DNA from: Pirellulales bacterium
GTDB lineage: Bacteria; Planctomycetota; Planctomycetia; Pirellulales; JAICIG01
Assembly: GCA_040901675.1 (NCBI GenBank)
Contig: JBBDYJ010000032.1
Span: forward strand, 32,656 to 96,655
Direction: 5' to 3'
Length of the DNA: 64,000 nt
In this document: piece by piece, positions 28,120-37,587 of the stretch
Layout: the number at the start of each line of letters is the position of its first letter
Position numbering within the stretch: position 1 is the first letter of the stretch
The notes under the pieces: model-generated
Database searches by the model: none
Told to the model about the DNA's origin: nothing
What the model saw: the letters and a program-made list of their open reading frames with translations, nothing else
Position numbers and translations under genes: made by a program

Positions 28120-29206
28120 AGTACCCCTGGATGTTGTGGACGCTGACCATGCGGGGGGCGACGCGGGTGAGCTCGCGGCCCTGCTTGTCGAAGAGGATGC
28201 CGAGCAAGAAGTGGGCGCCGGGCACCGCCAGGTCGGTGGGCCACTGGGCGCGGGCCCGCAGGAAATTTCCTTCGGCGTCGAGCGTCTCGATCCGGCCCTC
28301 GTAATCGGCGATCTTCTCGCCCGACATGTCGAGCAGACGGAAGACGACCTTGCCGACCTGGTCTGACTGGTCGGGCGGCAACGCCATCAGGCCGGTGACC
28401 AACGCGTTGGTCTCCTGCAGCCAGGGAGTGTCGCAGCGGATGGGCGCCATGACGGGTCCGCACTGCCGCCAGTGGTCCGGCTCGAGCCGGTTGACGAGCT
28501 GAATTTTGGCCAGCGAGGCGGGCTGCTGGACCGATAGCGGGCTGCCGTAAGCGAACGTGCGATAGACGCGCGGGCCGCCGTCGCTGTAGCAAAGCTCGGC
28601 ATCGAGCGCGATCACGGCGCCTTCGGCCACTTTAAAATCGGGAAAGTTGGACCAGGGGAGCTTGAACTCGACCTCGGCCCCCTCGCTGGTCTTGCGGGCC
28701 GCCACTTCGACGCCTTGGCCTTCGATCGCCTGCAGCATGTCGGGACGCAGGCACCAGCGGGGCTTGATCTCGGTCCCCTTGTAGCCGGTCCAGTACATGT
28801 GCACCGCGCCTTTTCCCCAATCGTGCGAGCGGAACTGCTCGTCGCGGCGGGTGTCGAAGTACCACTCGACGCCGTCGCCTTCCCAGAGCCGGTCGTCGGG
28901 CGCGGGGTTGGCCTGCTTCTCGTCCAGCGTGCGCAGGCCGGCGTAGAAGGCCTCGTCGTCCCACATGTAGAAGAACTGGGCGGCGCGGTTCTTCACGTCG
29001 GGCTCGTAATAGCAGACGGGCGTGGAGAACGAGCCGCGAAACTCGGACAGATCGCCGTCGATCTTCATCCCTTGTGGCGCACGGGTCGCGACGCCCCGCA
29101 CTCCTTCCTCCAAGGCGCCGCCCGGCGCACGGCCGAAACAAGCAGACTCGGACCCGACGAGGGCCACGAGCAGGCACGACAGCGAGACGACGAGGTGAGT
29201 GCGCAT
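28118..29206 (-). CDS. Exported CBM9/DOMON-like sugar-binding domain protein
   Basis: KIDGDLSEF, YMWDDEAFY, LWEGDGVEWYFD, VEFKLPW; signal peptide. Confidence 0.75.
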   Translation of the reverse strand: MRTHLVVSLSCLLVALVGSESACFGRAPGGALEEGVRGVATRAPQGMKIDGDLSEFRGSFSTPVCYYEPDVKNRAAQFFYMWDDEAFYAGLRTLDEKQANPAPDDRLWEGDGVEWYFDTRRDEQFRSHDWGKGAVHMYWTGYKGTEIKPRWCLRPDMLQAIEGQGVEVAARKTSEGAEVEFKLPWSNFPDFKVAEGAVIALDAELCYSDGGPRVYRTFAYGSPLSVQQPASLAKIQLVNRLEPDHWRQCGPVMAPIRCDTPWLQETNALVTGLMALPPDQSDQVGKVVFRLLDMSGEKIADYEGRIETLDAEGNFLRARAQWPTDLAVPGAHFLLGILFDKQGRELTRVAPRMVSVHNIQGY

Positions 29207-29300
29207 CAATGCTTCCTTCGCGAATGAGTTACGATTCCCTGGCCGCCCAGCGGCCAGCACGGCGGTGACCAGACGATTATGACGTGGCCGGCCGCGAGTC

Positions 29301-30005
29301 TCAAATCGGCTCGTGCACGGCCTCGCGCAGGGCGCGGCGCGCCAGCCGCGTGATCAGCACCGTGACGGCCACAGCGGCCGCCAGGCCGGCAAAGAAGGCC
29401 GCCTGTTGCCAGGGGCCGTGGGCGACGCGGCCGGACGTGATGTCGCTGAGCTGCCGGGCGGCACTGCCCAGATACACGTACATGACGGTGCCGGGGAGCA
29501 TGCCCAGCCACGAGGCGAGCGCGAAATCGCGGAACGAGACCTTGGTCAGGCCGAAGGCGTAATTGAGCGGCCCGTAGGGGAGCATGGGCGAGAGCCGGAC
29601 CAGGAGCACGATCTTGAATCCCTGCTCGGCGACGGCGGCGTCGATGACACGGAACTTGTGGTTGTGCGAGAGCTTCTGCTGGAGCCAATCGCGCAACAGG
29701 TACCGACTGACGAGCAACGACGCGCAGGCCCCCAACGTGCTGCCGACCGAGACTGCCACGAGCGCCGGCCACATGCCCAGCGCGAAGGCCCCGACCAGAG
29801 TGACTACCGAGCCGGGCACGAACAGCAGGCTGGCCGGCACATAAAAGGCCGCCAGCAGCACTGGGCCCCACGGTCCCAGCTCCGCCGCCCAGTCGGGGAT
29901 GTCTTCCAGGGCGGCGCGGAGGCGCGGCATCGAGAGCCAGGCTGCCACCCCGGCGGCCGCCAGCAGCAGCGCCGCGGCAAGCCGCTTGATCGTGGACTTC
30001 GTCAT
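29301..30005 (-). CDS. TVP38/TMEM64 (VTT/DedA, YdjX-like) membrane protein
   Basis: VPGS..TL..GG-like, GSTLGA, LLVRLSP.LPY..LNY.FGLT, GMLPGT..YVYLG. Confidence 0.92.
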   Translation of the reverse strand: MTKSTIKRLAAALLLAAAGVAAWLSMPRLRAALEDIPDWAAELGPWGPVLLAAFYVPASLLFVPGSVVTLVGAFALGMWPALVAVSVGSTLGACASLLVSRYLLRDWLQQKLSHNHKFRVIDAAVAEQGFKIVLLVRLSPMLPYGPLNYAFGLTKVSFRDFALASWLGMLPGTVMYVYLGSAARQLSDITSGRVAHGPWQQAAFFAGLAAAVAVTVLITRLARRALREAVHEPI

Positions 30006-30158
30006 GCGCAGGTGCCGAGAGGTAAAGCGTCGGTTGAAGGCAGCCGCTAGTGCATTCTATACCGGTGCTCGACGCGCGGGGGCCGGAGGCGATACAATCC
30101 GGGAAGCCGGTCGATGGTTTTCCGCGCCAGGATTCGATTTCAGCGGAGGTACTGAATC

Positions 30159-30773
30159 ATGCCAGCGCATCGAGCTCTCATCGGATTGATCGCCACCGTG
30201 TTGGCGGCCGGCGAGGCGGCCGCCCAGCAGGCCCAGGTGGTGCAACTGCCGACGTTCTCATTCTTCACCGTCAACACGACCGTTTCGGTGCCCGACAGCG
30301 GCGGCGCTTTCTCCGGCGGCGAACGGCGGTTCAGCTCCGGTCACACCGCGTTTGGCCCTGCATGGGGGCGGCAGCGGGGATTCGGCCGCGACATGGGTGG
30401 AGGCGGCTTGGGCGTCGCCGGGCAAATCCACGACTTCGAGGCGATGGACAAAGCGCTGTTGAGCCAGGGCAGCCCGGGCCCGGTCGAGCCGGATGATCCG
30501 TTTGCACGCCGGCTGGCGCAGGCATCGGCCAGCTCGGCCGGGCAGGCGCCCGCGGGCAGCCTGGCCGAGGCGCGCCGCCAGCGGGCCGCCGAAGAGGAAG
30601 CGCTCGTGCAAAAGACGCTGGCGATCGTGGAAGACGCCCGCCAGGCCGAGGCGAAAGGCAAGCCCGGCATGGCCTTGGCTTATTACAAGATGGCGTCCCG
30701 CCGAGCGTCGGGCCAGCTCAAGGCCGACATTCAGAAAGAAGTCCGGCGGCTGTCGCGCCCGGCGGAGCAGTAG
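30159..30773 (+). CDS. Exported hypothetical protein with a short secretin-like beta motif
   Basis: RBS GGAGG; signal peptide; VVQLPTFSFFTVNTTVSVPDSGG; C-terminal helical hairpin (A.AYYKMA.RRA). Confidence 0.75.
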   Translation: MPAHRALIGLIATVLAAGEAAAQQAQVVQLPTFSFFTVNTTVSVPDSGGAFSGGERRFSSGHTAFGPAWGRQRGFGRDMGGGGLGVAGQIHDFEAMDKALLSQGSPGPVEPDDPFARRLAQASASSAGQAPAGSLAEARRQRAAEEEALVQKTLAIVEDARQAEAKGKPGMALAYYKMASRRASGQLKADIQKEVRRLSRPAEQ

Positions 30774-30948
30774 TGCCGCGGCGTGGGCGTGGGAATATTG
30801 CAGCCGCGCGGCGCATCTAAGGTGCGTGGCGGCCTAAATCGGGCGCTCCCGGTGGCACTGCTTCTTCCGCCTTCGGCGGACCGCGGCCGGCGTCCTGCGA
30901 AGCGGTGGCACAGGACTACTTGACCATACGGCAGCTCGGGATCGAGTG

Positions 30949-31371
30949 ATGTACGGATTGCTGGCGGACATCGTGGTGGTTGTCCACTTCGTGTATGTCG
31001 CGTTCGTGGTGGTGGGCCAGTTGCTGATTCTGGGCGGCGCGGCGCTGCGGTGGAAATGGATCCGCAACTTCTGGTTCCGGGTAGTCCACCTGGCTGCGAT
31101 TCTGGTCGTGGCGATGCAGGCCGTGCTGGGCATGGTCTGTCCCTTGACGACCTGGGAAAACAAGCTCCGTCGGCTGGCCGGGCAGACGGTCGAGGAAGGT
31201 TCGTTCGTGGCGCGGTGGGTGCACTCGGTGCTTTTTTTCGAGCTGCCCCCGCAGTTCTTCACGATGGCCTACCTCGTGTTCGCCCTGTTGGTGCTGGGCA
31301 CGCTGTTGTGGATCCCCCCGCGCCGGGTGCCTGGGGTTATTGGAGGCACAAGGCAGAAGGGAGCGGGATAA
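30949..31371 (+). CDS. DUF2784 family membrane protein
   Basis: LLAD.VV.VH..YV.FVV.G, FR..HL, CPLT.WE..LR..AG. Confidence 0.85.
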   Translation: MYGLLADIVVVVHFVYVAFVVVGQLLILGGAALRWKWIRNFWFRVVHLAAILVVAMQAVLGMVCPLTTWENKLRRLAGQTVEEGSFVARWVHSVLFFELPPQFFTMAYLVFALLVLGTLLWIPPRRVPGVIGGTRQKGAG

Positions 31372-31540
31372 AGCCGGTTTCTCTGGTTTCCGCTCCCTCG
31401 CCCCCGGTCGGGCCACTCTTTCGCCTTTTTGGGGAGGGGTTCGAGTCGGCGATAAAAAACGCTGTGACACCGGTCCGTTGGCCGATCTATTGGGTATAAT
31501 ACGAAGGTTGTGTTATGCGGGTCCCAACGGAGGTCTGGCG

Positions 31541-32413
31541 ATGCGCGGCAAATGGCTGCTGTCGGGCGTGGTGGGCTTGGCAACCTTGGCAGGCGGCTGG
31601 CAGGCGGCCCTGGCCCAAGGACGGGGGGGTGGGGGCACCGGCTTCGGAACCTCGGGATCGGGCATGTCGCGGCAATCGGGTGTTTCGTCGGGCCAGTCGG
31701 TCAGTGGAGGCAGCCGTCAGGGGATGTTCGGCAGCCGCACGACGGGCGGCTCGATCGGCGCTCGCGCCCGTAGCTTCGGCGGCGCGCAGAGTGGGATAGG
31801 GAGCGGAATGGGCGCGGCCTCAGGCGAGTTGAGCGGCAACGAACGCTTCATGCGTGGCAACCGGCAGCCGGGTCAGTTCGTGGGTACCGACGTCGGAGAC
31901 ATCGGCAACTTCATCGGTGCTATGCAGGGGGCCGACAGCCAGTTCGGTTCGAGTGGTTCGCGCAGGAATCGCGGCAGCGGCCAGAACCGCAACCAATCCG
32001 ACTATAACGGCCGGAACCGGGAAGGGCGCGACGGAGGCGGCGCGAGATCCGCCCAGCGGACCACGATGCCCAGGCGAGTGATCGTGGCATTCGATCAACC
32101 GCGTCCCGCACCCAGCCGGGTCAGCGCTGCGCTCCAGCGCCGGCTCACTCGCTTGGAGCCGTTGTCGAGCGTGGCTGTGACCATAGAGGGTCACCAGGCC
32201 GTGCTGCGGGGTCTGGTCGCCACGGCCCACGATCGCGATCTAGCGGAGCAATTGATCCGCCTAGAGCCCGGGATCGATGCGGTCCAAAACGAGTTGACGC
32301 TGGGCCCGATTTCGCCGCCGGCTGCTTCGAGTCCGGCTGGATCGCGGCGGGCTGATTCGGCGCGGACCGGGCGGCCGGCCCCAGTGGTGTCTGGCCCGAA
32401 TTCGATCCGGTAG
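31541..32413 (+). CDS. Exported Gly-rich protein with C-terminal BON domain
   Basis: Signal peptide; V.IEG..AVLRG.V.T.HDR.LAEQL.RLEPGI.AVQNEL; TATAAT at about 31495 and RBS GGAGG. Confidence 0.85.
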   Translation: MRGKWLLSGVVGLATLAGGWQAALAQGRGGGGTGFGTSGSGMSRQSGVSSGQSVSGGSRQGMFGSRTTGGSIGARARSFGGAQSGIGSGMGAASGELSGNERFMRGNRQPGQFVGTDVGDIGNFIGAMQGADSQFGSSGSRRNRGSGQNRNQSDYNGRNREGRDGGGARSAQRTTMPRRVIVAFDQPRPAPSRVSAALQRRLTRLEPLSSVAVTIEGHQAVLRGLVATAHDRDLAEQLIRLEPGIDAVQNELTLGPISPPAASSPAGSRRADSARTGRPAPVVSGPNSIR

Positions 32414-33191
32414 CAGCACCAGGAACGATTGAATCGTTCGACCGCGGCCGCAGCAGGGCGGTCGGTGTCCGGCGGCCATAGCCAGCGGGTATTGAAATCG
32501 TCGTGGTGTTCATCCGCTGCTGATTCGTCGGCGCGAAATTCTCGGGCTCATGGTCGTGTATTTCGCGCTCATGGTTGACCGGCTGCACATCGTTTCCGAC
32601 GGGCGCCCTTCGCGTCAGCCCTGGCGTGACGGGCGGTTCGAGATAGCTGTCGACGGGCTTCTTGCCCGGCAGCAGGTGCTTGGTTTCATCTCCTACAATC
32701 ACTCCTCCCTGCGCCGGCATGAAACGGACGATGAGACTGATTTCTCTTTGTTCGCCTCCGGCCTCATCCCAGGGTACCCAGACACTGTAGGAGTGCCCCA
32801 GCGAAGACTTGCTGTAGTGCCTGGCGAACTGTTCTTCCGTGAATACGTACTTGCGATCCGGCACCAGGTTGGTCGGGTCGCGATGGGTCTCGTCGAAGGC
32901 ATACACGACCAATGAGCCCTTGACCTTGCAGGGCTTGCTGTCGTCGGAGGGATAGAACATCAACCTGCCTCCGAAGCCGCGCATTGGCGGGATGCCCGCA
33001 GTGGTCATGACCGTCTCGGTCCACATGCTGACCACTTTCATGGGGCGCCGCAATTGCCCATCCTCGCCCTCGCCCCAAGGGATGCGTTTGCGCAGGTCGA
33101 AGTGCGAACAGCCCGACAGTGCGATCAGCGATAGCGCCGAGACGGTCGCACCGACCAACAGGGTTCGAAACGGCAGACAGACCGAAGTCAT
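32145..33191 (-). CDS. Lipoprotein translationally coupled to the secretin (pilotin candidate)
   Basis: LSGC lipobox; beta-rich domain RGFGGRLMFY..V.G.LVVYAFDE..YSVWVPW; ATGA overlap with the secretin stop. Confidence 0.75.
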   Translation of the reverse strand: MTSVCLPFRTLLVGATVSALSLIALSGCSHFDLRKRIPWGEGEDGQLRRPMKVVSMWTETVMTTAGIPPMRGFGGRLMFYPSDDSKPCKVKGSLVVYAFDETHRDPTNLVPDRKYVFTEEQFARHYSKSSLGHSYSVWVPWDEAGGEQREISLIVRFMPAQGGVIVGDETKHLLPGKKPVDSYLEPPVTPGLTRRAPVGNDVQPVNHEREIHDHEPENFAPTNQQRMNTTTISIPAGYGRRTPTALLRPRSNDSIVPGAATGSNSGQTPLGPAARSAPNQPAAIQPDSKQPAAKSGPASTRFGPHRSRALGGSIAPLDRDRGPWRPDPAARPGDPLWSQPRSTTAPSE

Positions 33192-36100
33192 TCCCGCGGC
33201 TCCCGCTGGTAATAGGCTGGTTCAGCATCGCTTCCATACACGCTGGCCGGCCCGGCGGTCCGTTGCGCCGCCTGCTCGCCCGCCGCTCGGTAACTGCTCA
33301 CCTCGGCCTGGCGGGTTTCGCGCCGCGACGTGGCTTGAACGGCTGGCTGGGCGGCCATCGCCTGGCGCAGCCGTAACTGGTTGCCGTGCGGACGCTGCCC
33401 CAGCGGCTGCGGCAGGGGGTGCGAGGGCGCCTCATCGGGGTGCTGGCCTTGCGAGGGTAACGACTCGAACTGCGGCCCGTTCGGGGCAGGGATGGCCTCG
33501 GCATCAATCGCCGCGGGCGTCGGCTCGCCGTCCGGATAAATCACCCTGACTTCGCTATCGGCCCAGTCGCCGCCACGGCCGCGCAGGCCGGCGTCGCCGT
33601 GGATTCTCTGCACGTCGGCCAGGCACCAACTCATCCGGGCCGCCTCGGCCTGCTTGACGGCCTCGGCATGGGCCTCGTTGCGAACGATGCGCGGCGTCAT
33701 GATGATCAACAGCTCGGTCCTGCGGCCGGAGACGCCGTCGTAGCGGAACAGGTTGCCCAGGACCGGTATCTCGGACAAGAGCGGCACGCGTCTGCGGACC
33801 TCGGTCTTGCTTTTGGTGATCAAGCCGGCGAAGACGACAGTCTGGCCATCGAGGGCGCTGATCGTTGTCTGTGCCAGTGTTCGATCGATCCGCGGCGCGC
33901 GGACCACCTGGCCCGTATTCGAGATGAAAATCGGGATCCCCTCGGCCTCGGGGCCAACCTGGGAACGCTCTGCGTCGATTTCCATCACCACCAGGCCGTC
34001 GGGGCTAATGCGGGGCGTCACGCCTAACAACAGCCCTACGTCTTCGAATTCAATGGCGTTGGTTTGGCCGAACTCGGTGGGGGTCGCCGTTCGGATTGTC
34101 GGCACGCGCTGGCCGACCTGGATGAAGGCGCCCTGGTTGTCCAGAGTCATGATCTGCGGGCGGCTGAGCACCTCCAAGCGGCGGCTCTCCTTGAGAGCTC
34201 GGAGCAGGAGGCTCACGCTCTCGCTGGAGGCCGATAGGACCAGGCCGCCGAAGCCCAGGTCGCCGTTGGTGCGGCCGACGTTGAAGCTGGTCAGCCCCTG
34301 GCCGCCGATAGCTTCGCGTGTTTGGAGCGATTGTGTGCTGCCGCTGTTGCCCAACGGCAGGTTGTTAAACAAGAAACCGGGCAAGTTCGCGGCGCTAATG
34401 ATGTTTTCCGTTTGCGTGGTGATCGTGCCGCCGCCCGGTACAGCCTGCTGTGTGGAAATGTTCTGGAATGCAATTTCGCTCAGGAGACTACGATCGAAGA
34501 GGACCGAATCCTGCAACCCCAGCTCGATGCCGAACTCGTCTGTGTTATTCAGTGCAATCTCGGCGATCATCACCTGGATCATGACCATCGGTGGCCGGGC
34601 GTCGAGCTCTTCCACCAACCGAATGATCTCGTCGTAGAATCGCGGCGTTGCACTGATGATCAGGCTGTTGCTGACCAACTCCGGCACGACCACCACCTCG
34701 CGCTCGATTTGCTCAAACGGACTCAACAATTCGGGTGTAATCTGCTGCACGTCGCGTTCGGTAGTGAGGAATTCATTAATGGCCAAGGCCACGGCGTCGG
34801 CGGGCGAATTCTTGAGCCTGTAAATCGAGCTGCGCCGTTCGCGGACGTCGCTTTCGTCGAGCCGGGTCAAGATGGCCTCGACCACGAGCAGGTCCGAGGC
34901 CGAGCCGGAAGCGATAATGCTGTTGGTCCGCGGATCGACGGAGAACCGCAAGGGCAGGAGCGAACCTTCGCCGCCGGTCACCAGCGGCTGCGGACCGAAC
35001 TGGCCGAGCTGGCCGGCTTGCTGCCCCGTCTGGGCGCCAAACAGCTCTTCGAGCAGTTGCGCCAGGCTGGCCGCGTCGCCGTTGATGATCGTGAAGACCT
35101 TGATCTGCACGGCGGCCTCCGGCGGCTGATCGAGCTGCGCAATCAGGGCCGCCAACAGGTCGATGCTCTCGGCGGGGGCCGAGACCAAGAGTGAGTTGGC
35201 CCTGGGGTCGGCCGTGATGCGGACGTCGGTGAGGATTCCGGAGTTGACCAGCCGCTGCCCCTCGGCATCGACGGTGAGGAACTGCAGCGTGAGCGACTTG
35301 GCCTGCTGGGCCTGCGCACCCTGGGCGCCGGGGAGGCCGGGCTGGGCACCGGGCTGACCCGGAGTGGGTTGAAACCCGCCGTCGCCAAACTGCCCCGGGC
35401 GGCCTGCCTGGACGGCCTGCGAGCTGATCGCCTCTTGCAGAACCGGGGCCAGTTCCTCGGCCAAGGCATTGCGGAGCCGGAATACGCGCAGCTCGTTCAC
35501 GGCGTCGCTCGATATCGTGTCGAGACCCTGGATCAGCCGTGCCACTTCGACCAGGTCGCGCGGGCTGGCCTGCACGATCAGCGAATTGGTGCGGAAGTCG
35601 GCCGTGACCGCCACCCGCGGCGCCAGGCCGGCCGCGGTCGGCTGCTGCCCGGGCGCGGCCCGCTCGCCGAAAAACTGCGTGATGGTCTGCGCGGCGACCG
35701 AGGCCGGGGCGTGCCGCAGGCGGAACAGCCGGAACTGGCCGGTAGGGCCGACCGGCTGGTCCAAGCGGGCCAACAGGTCGGTCACGCTTTTGACGGTTTC
35801 GGCCCGGCCCACCAGGAGCAGGGCATTGGGCTTGACCAGCGCGGTGATGCTGACGCGGCCCTGCCGCGGGGCAAGGAAGTCGTCGTAGAGGGGGCGGATC
35901 AGGTCGGCCATGGCCTGGCTGTCCACGTGCCGCAAGGTATAGACTTCGATCACCGGCTCGGTTTCGACGCTGAGCCGCTCGATGTCGTCGATGATCTGCA
36001 TGACGCGTTCGACGTCGCGGCGGTTGCCGCGGATGATGATGGCATCGAGTCCCTCGAGGTATTCGATCTGCACCTGACCGAGCACGGCGGCGTCTTCGTC

Positions 36101-37246
36101 GGTGAGCTGGTCGGGCACGAGCTGATCATCCTGCATGAACGCCCCTTCGTCCGGCTGCTGCTGCGGCTGCTGTTGGTCCTGCAGGTCTTGGGCCTCGGAC
36201 TCGACCTGGGCGCGGGGCCTGAACAGCCGGGCCACCATCGGCAGCGAGCCGGCGCCATCGGCATGCCGCGGCGGCAACGCGTTGCCGTTGCCTTGGTTGG
36301 TTACGGCATCCATGGCCCGGCGGACGTGGGTGGAGGTCGAGGCGGGCACCGCAACGACCCTGGTGCTGCGGCCGCGCGATTCGGCCGGGGCATCGAGAGC
36401 CTCGATCAAGCGGGCACAGTGCGTGGCCGCTTCGGCCGGCCCGCGGAGCGTGACCTTGCCGGTCCGCCGATTGAGGTCGATTTCCAGCGGCTGCTGGTCC
36501 GGAAGCCGGACGAGGTACGAATCGACTTCGGGCCTGGTTTTGGCGAGGCCCGAGAAATGCTCGCCCCAGAGATTCGACAACGACGACTGGAGCTGCTCGG
36601 GGCGCAATAGCCTGAGTTGCACGGTCGGGGAGTGAGCCTGTGCGGCGGCCGCGCGAGTGCGCAGCACGCGCGAGACCTGGTTGCCGGCGGCATCGCCGGG
36701 CGGCCGCTGGAATGCCGGCTGGGGCGACTCGAGGCGGCGTGCCAACTCGGACTGGATGTGCGGAGGCGCCAACACGAGGATCTGGCCGGTGCGGTCGTCG
36801 GCGGCGATGCGGACGCCCGAGGCCGCCGGGTACTCCGCTTGCAGCCGCGACGCAAACGCGTCAGGGTCGGCGCCGGAATAGGGATAGCTTTTGAGGACCG
36901 GCTTGGAGGCAGCCTGCGGCCGGCCGGAGCGGTCGAGCGACTCGATCAAGTCCCGAGCGACTTGCTGGACCTCCGCGGAGCCGCGGACCAGCAGGCGATT
37001 GGCCCTGGGGTCGACGACGATCTCGGCTTCGTCGTCAGCCAAGCCGGACAGCAGCTCGCGCAGGCGCGGCTCGATCTCGTGTGCCTGTGCATCGCGGAGC
37101 GGGTAGGCCTCGAAACCATGGCCCGTCCGCTGTTGGGCATCCGCCGGAAGGGGGGCCAGCAGAACCATGACCAGCGGTGCCAGAAACAGCGCCAGCCGGC
37201 CCGATCGGCGCTGCGGACGAGCTCTAAAGCGAAGGCTCTTAATCAC
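33188..37246 (-). CDS. gspD: Giant secretin (GspD-like, 1352 aa) with about 9 Secretin_N repeats
   Basis: Repeated 'F.L.HA.A..' and 'ADPRTNSLIV..LI..LD' units. C-terminal secretin domain: QVMIAEI, VLSRPQIMTLDNQ.A.IQVGQ.VP, L.VTPRIS, DGQTVVFAGLI, VPLLSEIPVLGNLFR, TELLIIMTPRIV. Confidence 0.9.
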   Translation of the reverse strand: MIKSLRFRARPQRRSGRLALFLAPLVMVLLAPLPADAQQRTGHGFEAYPLRDAQAHEIEPRLRELLSGLADDEAEIVVDPRANRLLVRGSAEVQQVARDLIESLDRSGRPQAASKPVLKSYPYSGADPDAFASRLQAEYPAASGVRIAADDRTGQILVLAPPHIQSELARRLESPQPAFQRPPGDAAGNQVSRVLRTRAAAAQAHSPTVQLRLLRPEQLQSSLSNLWGEHFSGLAKTRPEVDSYLVRLPDQQPLEIDLNRRTGKVTLRGPAEAATHCARLIEALDAPAESRGRSTRVVAVPASTSTHVRRAMDAVTNQGNGNALPPRHADGAGSLPMVARLFRPRAQVESEAQDLQDQQQPQQQPDEGAFMQDDQLVPDQLTDEDAAVLGQVQIEYLEGLDAIIIRGNRRDVERVMQIIDDIERLSVETEPVIEVYTLRHVDSQAMADLIRPLYDDFLAPRQGRVSITALVKPNALLLVGRAETVKSVTDLLARLDQPVGPTGQFRLFRLRHAPASVAAQTITQFFGERAAPGQQPTAAGLAPRVAVTADFRTNSLIVQASPRDLVEVARLIQGLDTISSDAVNELRVFRLRNALAEELAPVLQEAISSQAVQAGRPGQFGDGGFQPTPGQPGAQPGLPGAQGAQAQQAKSLTLQFLTVDAEGQRLVNSGILTDVRITADPRANSLLVSAPAESIDLLAALIAQLDQPPEAAVQIKVFTIINGDAASLAQLLEELFGAQTGQQAGQLGQFGPQPLVTGGEGSLLPLRFSVDPRTNSIIASGSASDLLVVEAILTRLDESDVRERRSSIYRLKNSPADAVALAINEFLTTERDVQQITPELLSPFEQIEREVVVVPELVSNSLIISATPRFYDEIIRLVEELDARPPMVMIQVMIAEIALNNTDEFGIELGLQDSVLFDRSLLSEIAFQNISTQQAVPGGGTITTQTENIISAANLPGFLFNNLPLGNSGSTQSLQTREAIGGQGLTSFNVGRTNGDLGFGGLVLSASSESVSLLLRALKESRRLEVLSRPQIMTLDNQGAFIQVGQRVPTIRTATPTEFGQTNAIEFEDVGLLLGVTPRISPDGLVVMEIDAERSQVGPEAEGIPIFISNTGQVVRAPRIDRTLAQTTISALDGQTVVFAGLITKSKTEVRRRVPLLSEIPVLGNLFRYDGVSGRRTELLIIMTPRIVRNEAHAEAVKQAEAARMSWCLADVQRIHGDAGLRGRGGDWADSEVRVIYPDGEPTPAAIDAEAIPAPNGPQFESLPSQGQHPDEAPSHPLPQPLGQRPHGNQLRLRQAMAAQPAVQATSRRETRQAEVSSYRAAGEQAAQRTAGPASVYGSDAEPAYYQREPRE

Positions 37247-37377
37247 TTGAGATCCAGTCGCTGCCAGGGTTACGCGTTGGCGGGCAGACAGCGGCCCGCG
37301 CCCTTAAAGTCGATTCAGAAGGAACAATCGGCAAAGCTTGCCCATATCTCCAGCAAATCCCCAGGTATGGGGTGGGG

Positions 37378-37443
37378 GAAGGCAGAAGGAGGAAGGTGGA
37401 AGGCAGAAGGCAGAAGGCAGAAGGAGGAAGGAGGAAGGTGGAA
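37378..37443. repeat. Heptamer tandem array (GAAGGCA/GAAGGAG/GAAGGTG)
   Basis: About 9 units in the intergenic region upstream of the secretin. Confidence 0.9.
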
Positions 37444-37537
37444 GCCGGGGAGCAGGCGGCCAAACGCACTGCCGGTCGGGGAGGGGGAAGGTGGACATTT
37501 CATGGTGCGCGAAGCCGAAGGCACCGGTCTACGAGCT

Positions 37538-37587
37538 AAACGGAATGAATTCCGTTCTACGAAGGAAACGGAATGAATTCGTTCTAC
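37538..37587 (-). repeat. Two tandem GTAG-type REPs (GTAGAACGGAATTCATTCCGTTT)
   Basis: AAACGGAATGAATTCCGTTCTAC and a near-identical second copy on +; one copy supplies the TAG stop of the upstream gene. Confidence 0.85.

Noticed and set aside
31425..31460. tRNA suggested by GGTTCGAGTC
   Set aside because: No paired T-stem, acceptor stem or CCA end.
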